Part shown: piece after piece, positions 1-9,542 of the stretch
Numbering within the stretch: the stretch's first letter is position 1
Layout: each line of letters starts with the position of its first letter
IMG/VR virus record: IMGVR_UViG_3300020045_018745
Location: 1 to 43,584 of that record
DNA length: 43,584 nucleotides
Strand: one strand, 5' to 3'
From: a virus
Lineage: Duplodnaviria; Caudoviricetes
The notes under the pieces: generated by a model
Databases searched by the model: none
Told to the model about the DNA's origin: nothing
Seen by the model: only the letters and a program-made list of their open reading frames with translations
Translations under genes and position numbers: made by a program

Positions 1-121
1 GGCCGAAACTTTATTGCTGCAGGATGAACTACTGAACACCACTCGCCGGGTCCGCGAAATCATGCTTTCCGACTCCAAAAATCATCCCTGGATAAAACAA
101 CTCGATTTTCCACACCGCATT
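1..121 (+). repeat. Exact 121-bp duplicate of 4008-4128 at the contig start (probable chimeric or assembly end)
   Basis: 1-121 is identical to 4008-4128 (inside ORF 3643-4209) and diverges abruptly at 122/4129. Confidence 0.9.
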
Positions 122-185
122 CTTATTCGCTTCATTGCTTTCTCTTCAGATGATTATACACTTCGAAAAGTAAACTGGACTTGAT

Positions 186-1739
186 ATGGAAGACTATAAA
201 AGAAATGGAAGCTTAGGCTCCTACAACGACAATGGCACACTGATGTCGTTTCAACTGGGTGAAGGTAGCCCAGTCGCTATCGATAAGCAGTACGATTCGT
301 TTGATACGAATCAGTCCTCTGGACTTCCATCGCAGTTGTTACTTAATGTTGATGGGAATAGAGTGCTTGCCAAGGGCGCAAACAATATGCTTCCTGATGA
401 GATCAAGATCATGTTTGGTACTAATCGGTTCCTTCCTGGACTAATCGATAAGCAATACAAACTATTGTATGGAAAGGGATTATTTGTTTACCGACAGGCA
501 TTTGAAGATAAGAAGCTATTTAGGGACTGGCAAAACAATCAAACGATTGAGAATTGGCTTGGTGACTGGCAACGTAATGGGTTGGCCGATAGCCCTGAAC
601 AATACATCGATAAAGTAATTAAAGACAGCTATTATTTTGAAGATTACTGGACAAAATGGCGATTTTTTGCAGGTAGGGCAATTGGTCGTATGCCCGTGGC
701 TGGATTGGAGCATGTTGAGAATAACAGATGTCGGTTAGCATCATCAAGTAATATCAATCTGTTTTCAGGCAATTACGAAGAAAAAGACTTCAACAAAGTA
801 GTTGTTGCAAATTGGGGTTGTGGTTTTAGTTTTGAAACCAGCACTTACGAGCGATTCTTTCAAAATAAAGCGCTTCAATATGATGTCGCTGTCTCCTATC
901 ACAAGCATCATAGTCCCGGTGAAATTTATGGAACAAATAAGTTTTATCAAGGAATTAAGGAATGGTTAGTGGCGACAAATCGCAATCCAAAATACATTAA
1001 CTCATACCTCGAAAATTCGCTTTCTGCAAAAGTTCATGTCGTTATTCCTAACGAATGGGTTTCATACATTACTGACAAGATCCAAAGCTATTGCGATCGG
1101 AACGCTGATCTTGCAACCAGAAATGAAGCATTACTTAAACCTAATAATATAGAAGTTGGAATTGAATTTCACGAAGGTTTAGTTGATGCCTATATCAAAG
1201 CCGAAATGCGCAAACTCACTGAATTCCTGTCTGGAATCAAGAATCAAGGAAAAACATTCACAACATTTAAGTATCAGACTGACAAAGGCGATTCTGTTGG
1301 TTGGGAAATTATCCCTCTTGATATGAAGTACCGGTAATTCATAACAGCTTTGAACGATTACGATAAACGTGCAGATGAAGTCATCACCAGCTCTATCGGA
1401 TTAGACTCCAGCATTTCAAACATTTCAAAAGATGGTGTGATCAGTAAGTCCGGATCTGATGCTTACTACAATTACATCATTTATTTATATGCAAATCTTC
1501 CAACTGCAGAACGAATGACGTGTTCAGCCTTAAACGAAGCTGTAAGTGTTAATTTTCCGGCTTTATACAAGCAAGGATACCGTCTTGGTCTTTATACCGA
1601 TGTACCATCACAACAGCAAGATGTAGCTCCTAACGATCGCCTGCAGAACCAGCAAAACAGATCTACCGAGCAGGTAAACAAGCGCCTGGATAAAACCGAT
1701 GCAACAATGGCCGAAATCTTAAATATTCTGAAAAAATGA
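186..1739 (+). pseudogene. Putative portal protein interrupted by an in-frame TAA at 1335-1337
   Basis: ORFs 186-1337 and 1350-1739 are in the same frame, separated only by one TAA (...MKYR*FITALNDYDKR...); about 517 codons combined; follows the terminase in circular gene order. Confidence 0.65.
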
Positions 1740-2629
1740 TAACCGATTTCTTCAAATACACTTCCGAACTGCGCGAGTTCGCTCCGCAAATGCCAACCGA
1801 CGGTAAAATTGAAAATATGGAGGCTCATTACCGGCCTCAGTATCAAAAACTCATTAATCTGGTTGGTAAGGAAACTTACGATCTGTTAAAAGCAGCTTAT
1901 GCTGTTGAAGGATTCGTTGAAACGACAACAATAGGCATTGCTGTCGGATTCCTGCGTGGAGCATTGGCGAATCTTACCGCAATTCCTTACTTCAACTTCG
2001 AAGCCGGTCAGCGCAACAACACCGAAAACAAGCTTTATCGATACCAAGAACAAAAACAGATTGAAACTTACCTGGAGAATGCATGGACAGAGCTAAACTT
2101 CCTGATCAATCATCTCGAGTCAAACATTGCCGATTTCACTGCCTATGCCGAAACTGATCAATACAAGCTGCGTCAAACGCTATTCATAAAAAATGCAAAG
2201 GAGTTAAACAGGTATTATGGAGCTGTAAATTCTGCTTATTTCTTCAATAATGTGGTTTTTATCATCGAAGAAATTCAAAACGAAGAGATTAAGTCCCGGG
2301 TAAAGGCTTTTCCTGAAATTACTGATTCAAACATAAAATTTTTGATTGGAAAGGCAATTACTTATGAAACTCTTGCAAGGGCTTGCCAACAGCTCGATTA
2401 TACCGAACTCCCTGCCGGTATCCGTGCCGATATCCAAAAAGATACCGACTCCAGAACGGCTAAGGCTAATGAAACTGACCTTAAAAATTCAAGTGCAGCA
2501 TTTTTCCGTAATAAAGCAGCTATGTATTTCCTGAAGATCGAGGAGGCCAATAATGCTCCCCGCAATGCCGGAACCTATATCTTGCCTGAAAGTACCTTGA
2601 CCGAAACCGATAAATTTTACATGCCATGA
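1736..2629 (+). CDS. Putative head-tail connector/neck protein
   Basis: 297 aa, ATGA overlap with the portal; called from position only. Confidence 0.45.
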   Translation: MITDFFKYTSELREFAPQMPTDGKIENMEAHYRPQYQKLINLVGKETYDLLKAAYAVEGFVETTTIGIAVGFLRGALANLTAIPYFNFEAGQRNNTENKLYRYQEQKQIETYLENAWTELNFLINHLESNIADFTAYAETDQYKLRQTLFIKNAKELNRYYGAVNSAYFFNNVVFIIEEIQNEEIKSRVKAFPEITDSNIKFLIGKAITYETLARACQQLDYTELPAGIRADIQKDTDSRTAKANETDLKNSSAAFFRNKAAMYFLKIEEANNAPRNAGTYILPESTLTETDKFYMP

Positions 2630-3633
2630 TCGAGATCCCATTCAACAACGGACATAGCTACCAGCTTAAAAATAGCTGGGAAGAATTAACCACAAAGCAA
2701 TACATCGCTTTGTTAGACCTGATTGTGCTATTTATGGCAGGTGAGCTTAGTTTGCGCCATTTTCGCTTAAAACTGTTCGCTCTTATATCTGGCGAAAGTC
2801 TCAGGTTACATCCTGATTCTGAGAAAGCGGATCAGCAGTGCGAAAATATATGGCGCATCGCCCAGCAGCTTACTTTTCCTCTCCAGGTGAAATACAAGAA
2901 CGAAAAATCGCTCCTGAAGCTTAAAAAAGAAGTTCGTGATCAGCTCTCCAGGTATCTTCCATTCGAGCTGGAGCAAACACCTGAAATTCGCTGGGCCGAA
3001 AAAGCTGATAAAACGATCATGCCCGACATCGTATTTGCTGCCAACTTGGTCCCGGTAATTGGTCGCCGCCGCCACACGCTCAAAGGCTATACTTTCGAAG
3101 TGTCTGATAATATCCTGATTACTTCGCTCACTACCTCGCAATTCATCGATGCACAAACAGTGGCCAATGAAATTCAGGAAACCGGAAAAGAAAACCTACT
3201 AAACCTATTGGTTGCCATCCTGTATGGCAACGAGATCTCGTTGCCGTACGATGCCCAACGATCGGCCCAGCTGGCTAAAAAATTGGATTGGCTTGATCTG
3301 ACTACCAAAAAATCCATATTTATAAACTTCAATGCTATCCAGTCTTTCCTGATCACCCGGACAAAATATTCAATCCTGTTCAACGCTCCGGCTTCGACAG
3401 GCTCAGCCACCGAAAAACCAAAGCATAACCTTCTTGGGCTTGGATCAGTCGCTCACTCGCTGATTAAAGCCGGGTATGGTGATATCGAAAACAATAACCT
3501 GGTTAAATTTTTCGAGATCATGTACAATGACCTTATCAGCAATGTAACCTCACTGCACAGGCAGGGACTAACAATCGATAAAATTGCCGAACAAACCGGC
3601 ATTTCAATATCTAAGATCAATCAGATCATTTAA
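2626..3633 (+). CDS. Phage morphogenesis protein, function unknown
   Basis: 335 aa, ATGA overlap; possible C-terminal HTH-like segment (LTIDKIAEQTGISISKINQII). Confidence 0.5.
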   Translation: MIEIPFNNGHSYQLKNSWEELTTKQYIALLDLIVLFMAGELSLRHFRLKLFALISGESLRLHPDSEKADQQCENIWRIAQQLTFPLQVKYKNEKSLLKLKKEVRDQLSRYLPFELEQTPEIRWAEKADKTIMPDIVFAANLVPVIGRRRHTLKGYTFEVSDNILITSLTTSQFIDAQTVANEIQETGKENLLNLLVAILYGNEISLPYDAQRSAQLAKKLDWLDLTTKKSIFINFNAIQSFLITRTKYSILFNAPASTGSATEKPKHNLLGLGSVAHSLIKAGYGDIENNNLVKFFEIMYNDLISNVTSLHRQGLTIDKIAEQTGISISKINQII

Positions 3634-3642
3634 TTCAAAATC

Positions 3643-4209
3643 ATGAGTATAGCCAACAATCCCAAGTTGCTTCGTGAATCATTCATATACTTTTCGAAGT
3701 TCCCAAAACTGGCAGGAGTTCTTAGCAGCATGTTTCGTTCCGGTAAAACATCCGTCACCGGCTACGATGCTCTAAAATCTGAAATTACAGCCCTGGGCAC
3801 AAACTCCCTGGTACCTGAAATACTCAATTTCCTGTTCTCAAGCAATGAGGACAAATTAAAGGCTGAAATTGAAGATACAAAGGGCATGTTTATGCTGCTC
3901 GACTATGGCCAGCTCAGCAGCTCCAAAGATGGCATGGAGCGCAAAAATGACCAGTTTGAGTTGGGTATTATCATTGCCCGTAAACTGAAGCCAGAAGAAT
4001 ACGACATGGCCGAAACTTTATTGCTGCAGGATGAACTACTGAACACCACTCGCCGGGTCCGCGAAATCATGCTTTCCGACTCCAAAAATCATCCCTGGAT
4101 AAAACAACTCGATTTTCCACACCGCATTACGCCGTGGTATGCACGTGAGCTTTGCAACGCGACCGGCTTCTCCATGATGTTTTCAAAAACGGGAGTTGAT
4201 ATGATCTGA
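3643..4209 (+). CDS. Phage structural protein (possible tail completion/terminator)
   Basis: 188 aa in the structural operon; position only. Confidence 0.4.
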   Translation: MSIANNPKLLRESFIYFSKFPKLAGVLSSMFRSGKTSVTGYDALKSEITALGTNSLVPEILNFLFSSNEDKLKAEIEDTKGMFMLLDYGQLSSSKDGMERKNDQFELGIIIARKLKPEEYDMAETLLLQDELLNTTRRVREIMLSDSKNHPWIKQLDFPHRITPWYARELCNATGFSMMFSKTGVDMI

Positions 4210-4271
4210 TTATTTTAAAAAAAATAACTCTTTTTTTACCACTATTTATTCGCATATAATGGTATTTTTAC

Positions 4272-4279
4272 TATCTTTG
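4272..4279 (+). promoter_or_regulatory. Bacteroidota -7 promoter element for hicAB
   Basis: TATCTTTG matches TAnnTTTG, 23 nt upstream of the hicA ATG. Confidence 0.6.
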
Positions 4280-4302
4280 AAGAGACAAATAACACGAGTT
4301 CT

Positions 4303-4500
4303 ATGAAGGTAGTGAAAGTATCAGAGATCATCCGAAAGCTTCATGCTGATGGATGGTATCTCGACAGGCAAAAAGGTAGCCACCGCCAATTTTGGCACGA
4401 CACTAAAAAGCGTTTGACTACCGTAAATGGAAAGCCTTCTGATTCAATCAGTGGCGATTTACTAAAGAGTATTGAAAAACAGTCGGGGTTAACATTTTAA
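4303..4500 (+). CDS. hicA: HicA-family mRNA interferase toxin
   Basis: 65 aa basic protein with GW...RQKGSHRQF motif (catalytic His). Confidence 0.9.
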   Translation: MKVVKVSEIIRKLHADGWYLDRQKGSHRQFWHDTKKRLTTVNGKPSDSISGDLLKSIEKQSGLTF

Positions 4501-4534
4501 CCCCGACTGTTTAAAATTTAAAAATCAGATAGCG

Positions 4535-4939
4535 ATGGAAAAAGTAACTGTAATTTTTGGACGTACTGAGAACAACTACGCGGCATACGTTGACGGGCTG
4601 GATGGCTTTGTTTGTACCGCCGAAACATTTGAAGAACTTAAAAAAGAAGTGCCCGAAGGAATTGTATTTCATATTGAAGGCCTTGAGCGGCATGACCAGC
4701 CAATTCCAGAAGTATTTCGGGGCGAATACGAACTTGAATTTAAGTGGAGCGTCGAATGCCTGATGTATTACTACAACCATGTAATTACCCGTTCGGCGCT
4801 TTCGCGGTTTACCGGCATTAACGAGCGGCAATTGGGCAACTATGCCACGGGCCGTGCTAAACCACGCCCGGCACAAGTTCAAAAAATAAGAGAAGCTTTC
4901 CATTCGCTTGGAAACGAATTGGCTTCTATCAATTTGTAA
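4535..4939 (+). CDS. hicB: HicB-family antitoxin with C-terminal HTH
   Basis: N-terminal NYAAYV..L.G.V.TAETFEEL HicB fold; C-terminal HTH (SALSRFTGINERQLGNYATG); follows hicA. Confidence 0.88.
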   Translation: MEKVTVIFGRTENNYAAYVDGLDGFVCTAETFEELKKEVPEGIVFHIEGLERHDQPIPEVFRGEYELEFKWSVECLMYYYNHVITRSALSRFTGINERQLGNYATGRAKPRPAQVQKIREAFHSLGNELASINL

Positions 4940-4956
4940 AAGTTGTTTGATAAACC

Positions 4957-4987
4957 AAAAGCCTCGCAGAAATGTGAGGCTTTTTTA
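4957..4987 (+). terminator. Intrinsic terminator after hicAB
   Basis: AAAAGCCTCGCA-GAAA-TGTGAGGC-TTTTTT hairpin. Confidence 0.75.
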
Positions 4988-5036
4988 TTTATCAAAATCC
5001 TTGTATCTTTCCCGGATAAACTAAAAATCAATCAAG

Positions 5037-5573
5037 ATGAAAAAACTATTATTCTATTTACCTTTTTTTATTCTTTTTGCAACGGCAAATGCGCAAGAAC
5101 CGTTATCTTTTTCAAAAGTTATTGAATCGCCCAATAAAAGCAAAACGGAATTCTTTAATGTCGTTAATGATTGGTTTGCCGTAAATTATAATTCCGCACA
5201 GGATGTGATCCAAATGGCTGATAAGGATGCCGGAATTATCATAGGCAAAGGGGCTGAAAGTTATACCCTTGGAAAGACAATGTATTTATGTTATGACGGA
5301 TTTATAAACTACACTGTAAAAGTCCAGTTTAAGGAAGGGCGGTGCAAAGTTGAGATTAATAATTTTGCGCATTCGGTTTTACCCAAGAATTCAGCCGGTT
5401 GTAACATTGGATTGATTACTACCGCACAAGAATACAAAACAGAAGGAATGGGTAAGAATATAATAAACAAAGTTTGGTACGATTTAAAAGATAAAGCAGA
5501 AGGAATTGCAAATCATATCTTTATTGAAATGGAAGCAAAAACAAACAAATCGAAGCCTGATGATAACTGGTAG
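5037..5573 (+). CDS. Secreted DUF4468-like protein (moron)
   Basis: Signal peptide MKKLLFYLPFFILFATANAQ; WF...YNSAQDVIQMADKDAGIIIGKG motif. Confidence 0.7.
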   Translation: MKKLLFYLPFFILFATANAQEPLSFSKVIESPNKSKTEFFNVVNDWFAVNYNSAQDVIQMADKDAGIIIGKGAESYTLGKTMYLCYDGFINYTVKVQFKEGRCKVEINNFAHSVLPKNSAGCNIGLITTAQEYKTEGMGKNIINKVWYDLKDKAEGIANHIFIEMEAKTNKSKPDDNW

Positions 5574-5575
5574 TC

Positions 5576-5686
5576 ATGGACAATCTTTCTAAAAACATTT
5601 GGAAGTATCGGATAAAACCTGTAATAATTTCTGGTCTTATATTTCTGGCAGTCGCTTTGATCCTGCATTTTATTGGCATAATTTAA
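5576..5686 (+). CDS. 36-aa single-TM peptide (below the ORF-track cut-off)
   Basis: MDNLSKNIWKYRIKPVIISGLIFLAVALILHFIGII*, starts 2 nt after the upstream stop and ends at a terminator. Confidence 0.55.
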   Translation: MDNLSKNIWKYRIKPVIISGLIFLAVALILHFIGII

Positions 5687-5720
5687 AATAAAACCCGCTC
5701 ACTCAGCGGGTTTTATTTTT
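5685..5720. terminator. Bidirectional intrinsic terminator
   Basis: AAAATAAAACCCGCT-CACTC-AGCGGGTTTTATTTT. Confidence 0.8.
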
Positions 5721-5744
5721 CACATTATTGCCTATCTTTACAAA

Positions 5745-5867
5745 GCCAAACAACAAACATGTACATCTGAAGTATTCTGCCGGGAACTTATTCCCCGGTA
5801 GCGATACATAGCAGCAGTACTTCTGATGTTACGTTTGTGGTTTGGCGACCCGCTATCGGGTTTTTTT
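5745..5867 (+). ncRNA. Structured leader/attenuator RNA upstream of ORF 5868
   Basis: TATCTTTA -7 box at 5733; long stem GCCAAAC..ACAAAC / GTTTGT.GTTTGGC; small hairpin plus T7 at 5849-5867. Confidence 0.55.
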
Positions 5868-6140
5868 ATGCCAAACATTATGGAAAATTCTGAATTCATC
5901 ACCCAAATCATCGACCAGTTCTCAATCTGGTATGCTCCTGCATCCGATATAGCGCAGGCAACCGATTTTCTTAGCACTTCCGAAATTGCTGAAGCATTGA
6001 ACCAGTTTCATCCAGGTGCAAAAGTCAACGAAGAACAAATATTTCAGGCCATGATCGATGCCGGTTACCGCTACACTCCCGATCCCGGTAAAATGACCTT
6101 CCAACTTAAATGGATGATCATCCGAAACAATAATATATAG
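5868..6140 (+). CDS. Small hypothetical protein (possible winged-helix regulator)
   Basis: ORF track 5826-6140; start reassigned to ATG 5868 (or 5880), downstream of the leader terminator. Confidence 0.55.
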   Translation: MPNIMENSEFITQIIDQFSIWYAPASDIAQATDFLSTSEIAEALNQFHPGAKVNEEQIFQAMIDAGYRYTPDPGKMTFQLKWMIIRNNNI

Positions 6141-6189
6141 CCTCGCCTCTCAGCGGGGCTATTTTATTGGTAGGTAGCCTGTCGAACCT

Positions 6190-6224
6190 GTCCTTTCGTC
6201 AATAATACTCACATCCGATCTTTG
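6190..6224 (+). promoter_or_regulatory. Putative late promoter copy 1 (GTCCTTT-N24-TTTG)
   Basis: Motif recurs six times with identical spacing. Confidence 0.7.
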
Positions 6225-6248
6225 GTTCAGTAATCAATAACTGGATCC

Positions 6249-6662
6249 ATGATCTCCGATAAATTCATACGCGGCCAGCTCTACTCCGAATTCACTGCAC
6301 AGGTGCTTCGCAACGCAGCACCCAAAATTATGAGTGAGCAATCGGATCGTATATATTCATATTTCAACGAACGTACCGGGCATATTGGTGATAGCCTGCA
6401 AAGTCAGGCATTCCGCGTACTTAAAATGGGAGATGGCGCCATCCTTCAATTCGACTACCTTATAGATCTCCGGTTTCTCGACATTAAAACAACGGCACTC
6501 GGCAAAAAAAAACGGGTTTATGGCCCGGTTTACAATCGCCCGCTTTGGGGCTATGTGTATGGCTACATTTTCGGAACCTTAAAATATGGCCTTACCGGAA
6601 AAGTTCAATCAGAAATATTCGATCTCATTCGCGAATCATATAAAAAACCCCTCGAACAATGA
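6249..6662 (+). CDS. Phage tail-region protein
   Basis: 137 aa, overlaps the tape measure start (ATGA). Confidence 0.5.
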   Translation: MISDKFIRGQLYSEFTAQVLRNAAPKIMSEQSDRIYSYFNERTGHIGDSLQSQAFRVLKMGDGAILQFDYLIDLRFLDIKTTALGKKKRVYGPVYNRPLWGYVYGYIFGTLKYGLTGKVQSEIFDLIRESYKKPLEQ

Positions 6663-9391
6663 GCTTAAAGAAAGACATTATTGGAGCTGAAGTACAAATA
6701 GGCTCCAACGAAGCACAGAAATCACTTGTTGAGCTGGCTCAGAAAACATCGACGTTAACAAACGAAAACGACCGGCTTCGGATTTCACAGGCAAAACTCA
6801 AGGCGGTCGGCAAAGAGCACAAAGAAGAGTACGATAAGGTGACCGCGGCCATCACCGAAAATAATAAGTCGATTAAAGAGAATAAATCTCAGATGGATGC
6901 GCTCCGGAAGACAATTGGTTTAACCGAAATGTCTTTCCCTCAATTACGGAAAAGAGCTGCAGAACTAAGGAAAGATCTCCTTGATATGGGCGATTCTGCC
7001 GATCCGGTACAATTCAATAAACTTAACAAAGAGCTTATTGATACTGAACGGCAAATGGGAAAAGTTAAAGGAAGGATTGGCGAAACCCGTGGTTTTATGG
7101 GCCAACTTGGGAATAGCCTCACATCAATACCTGGTCCTGTTGGTGCAGTAATTCAAAGCATACACGGGATGGGTAAAGCTCTATGGGCTTTAGTGGCCAA
7201 TCCAATCGGTGCAACCATCGCGGTAATTGTCGGAAGTTTAATGCTGCTGTACAAGGCTTTTACGAGTACTGATGACGGTGCTAAAAATGTCGAGGCTGTT
7301 TTGAAATCGATTGGAAACGTTATGGATATTCTTATCGATAGGTCTATGAGTTATTATAATATGTTGTGGTCTTTGGTAACCTTCGATTGGGAAGGAGTCA
7401 AAGCAAATGCAAAAGACGCATTTGGCGGAATCGGAGACGCAGTCGTAAATGCAACAAATGCGGGACTGAATTATGTGGATGTAATGGATGATATTGAAGA
7501 CAGGGAAGCTGCATCGGTTATTACTGCGGCAAAATTAAAGCTTAAAATCGATGAGCTTACAGTCGCCTCAAAAAATGTGAATCTATCAACAAAAGAGCGG
7601 GTTAAACTTGCACAGGAGGCAATGGATAAAACGATTGAATTAAATAACCTCGAAAAAGGTTTTATGGTTGAAAAAAACAAAGCCGAGTTGGATAATCTCG
7701 CAACAAAAATAAACAGCAATAAATTAAGCGAGCAGAGTAAACGTGAACTGCTGGCTTCATGGCTTGAATTGGATCATACACAGCTCAATGCAGAGCAGCA
7801 AAATAATTCGGCATTTAAAAAATTCTATAATGAAAATACCGAGGAATTCAAGGCTATGCAAAAAGCAAAAGCCAGCGAAATAGAAATAGAAATTAATTTA
7901 ATAGGTGAACGAAAGCGTCTTCAGAAATCATTATTCGGTTTTGAAAAAGATTTAAGAGATGAAGATAAAAAACTCACTGATGATGCACGGAAAAAACGTA
8001 TTGAATCTCTGGAAGCTGAGAATAGTTCAGAAATGGGCCTGATCAAAAAAAGATTTCTGGAGGGTAAAACTACAGAGGATCAGTATAACGCCGAATTGCT
8101 TATTCAGGAAATGAATTTTCTTTCCGATAAAGCGAATGTATATAAAGTAGGAAGCAAGGAATACGAAGAGGCTCAGATGCAATTGCTAGAGAAGCAAGTT
8201 CTGGCCGAAACAACGGTAAAAGACTTGATTCTTCAGGCGAACAAAGAGCTGGCAAATGCGAGAATTGAAAATTTGGCGGATGGAATCGCTAAAGAAAAAA
8301 CAAAAGAGGAACAACGCTGGCAGGAAGAATTGGCTGGCTTAAGAAAACAGCTCAACGATAAAAAAGACCTCAAAGAACAGGACATTGCTCTGAATGATGC
8401 CATCAACAAAACAATACAGGAGAAAGAGAAAGCACATCAGAAAACAATTAATGACCTGGATAAAGCCGGTTTGTTGGGAAAGCAGATGGATCATGCAATT
8501 TATGGTCAGGCCAAAGCCAGAACAGATAAGGAACTTTGGACTGCAGAGAAAGAAATGGCAAGGGCTCAATATGCTCAGGAGTTAAAGGATGCTAAGGGCA
8601 ATGCTGCCAAGATTGCCCAGGCTGAACGAAAACTATCTGATGAATTAATCCGGATTAAACAGGACGAGCGCGATAAAAGGGAGGCTGTTGGCAATGCAAT
8701 ATTTGGAGCTGCAAATACTTTGCTTGGTGGATTGATCGAATTGGTTGGCAAAGAAACAGCCCTTGGGAAGGCTCTTTTCCTCTTCCAGCAGGCCGCTGCT
8801 GTTGGTCAGGTTATCTTTAACACTGCCATGGCCAATTCTAAAGCGGTGGAAACGTTCTGGATGACTGGTGGTATGCCTTGGGTCGCGATCAATACTGCAA
8901 CTGCAGCCGGAAGCATTGCCTCTATTATGGCCCAAACTATTTCAGGATTTAAAGGCAAAAAAGCCGGAGGCTACACCGACCGCGCTGCTTCAGATGACAA
9001 GATAGTTGACTTTGTACACGCCAATGAATTTGTAGGAACTGCAAATGCTGTTCGAAATCCTACGGTAAAACCAGTTTTTGATATTATTAAACTGGCCGAG
9101 GAACAAGGGACTATTGCAACGTTAAACCTTCCTGCAGTTATGGCATCCGGAGGACTGCAATCGGGGGGATATAGTTCCCCTCCTTCATCAGGATCAGGAG
9201 TCCCTGATCTAATACCAGTGAGTTCTCCTTCTTCCGATCCCGAACTCACCTCCGCCATCAACAACATGTCGCGCGCCGTTGCTGTGTTGGTAAAAAATGG
9301 TGTGCAATTCCCCATCTACACCTTCAAAAAGCGTTACGAAGAAATTTCCGATTTGATTGATCAGACCGGGATGGGCGGCTTTAAGAAATAG
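6659..9391 (+). CDS. Tail tape measure protein
   Basis: 910 aa, long coiled-coil, Ala/Gly-rich hydrophobic segments (ANPIGATIAVIVG), C-terminal GGYT...VHANEFV motif. Confidence 0.85.
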   Translation: MSLKKDIIGAEVQIGSNEAQKSLVELAQKTSTLTNENDRLRISQAKLKAVGKEHKEEYDKVTAAITENNKSIKENKSQMDALRKTIGLTEMSFPQLRKRAAELRKDLLDMGDSADPVQFNKLNKELIDTERQMGKVKGRIGETRGFMGQLGNSLTSIPGPVGAVIQSIHGMGKALWALVANPIGATIAVIVGSLMLLYKAFTSTDDGAKNVEAVLKSIGNVMDILIDRSMSYYNMLWSLVTFDWEGVKANAKDAFGGIGDAVVNATNAGLNYVDVMDDIEDREAASVITAAKLKLKIDELTVASKNVNLSTKERVKLAQEAMDKTIELNNLEKGFMVEKNKAELDNLATKINSNKLSEQSKRELLASWLELDHTQLNAEQQNNSAFKKFYNENTEEFKAMQKAKASEIEIEINLIGERKRLQKSLFGFEKDLRDEDKKLTDDARKKRIESLEAENSSEMGLIKKRFLEGKTTEDQYNAELLIQEMNFLSDKANVYKVGSKEYEEAQMQLLEKQVLAETTVKDLILQANKELANARIENLADGIAKEKTKEEQRWQEELAGLRKQLNDKKDLKEQDIALNDAINKTIQEKEKAHQKTINDLDKAGLLGKQMDHAIYGQAKARTDKELWTAEKEMARAQYAQELKDAKGNAAKIAQAERKLSDELIRIKQDERDKREAVGNAIFGAANTLLGGLIELVGKETALGKALFLFQQAAAVGQVIFNTAMANSKAVETFWMTGGMPWVAINTATAAGSIASIMAQTISGFKGKKAGGYTDRAASDDKIVDFVHANEFVGTANAVRNPTVKPVFDIIKLAEEQGTIATLNLPAVMASGGLQSGGYSSPPSSGSGVPDLIPVSSPSSDPELTSAINNMSRAVAVLVKNGVQFPIYTFKKRYEEISDLIDQTGMGGFKK

Positions 9392-9396
9392 CAAAC

Positions 9397-9466
9397 AACC
9401 ACATAGGCACATAGAAAACATAGAAAAAGAAATTTTAAACTATGTGGCCTATGTGCCTATGTGGTT
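9397..9466. repeat. REP-like 18-bp perfect inverted repeat
   Basis: AACCACATAGGCACATAG (9397-9414) and CTATGTGCCTATGTGGTT (9449-9466). Confidence 0.85.
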
Positions 9467-9472
9467 TAAGTT

Positions 9473-9507
9473 GTCCTTTCACCAATAACGCTCGCGGCAT
9501 ATCTTTA
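9473..9507 (+). promoter_or_regulatory. Putative late promoter copy 2
   Basis: GTCCTTT-N24-TTTA. Confidence 0.65.
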
Positions 9508-9542
9508 ATTCATCATTCATCATTCAAAATTCATAATTCGGT

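Noticed and set aside
1-121. Terminal repeat or att site
   Set aside because: It duplicates the interior of a gene (4008-4128), not the other contig end; most consistent with a chimeric or assembly end
1335-1337. Genome-wide stop-codon reassignment
   Set aside because: TAA, TAG and TGA all end tightly packed genes elsewhere; only one such interruption was found
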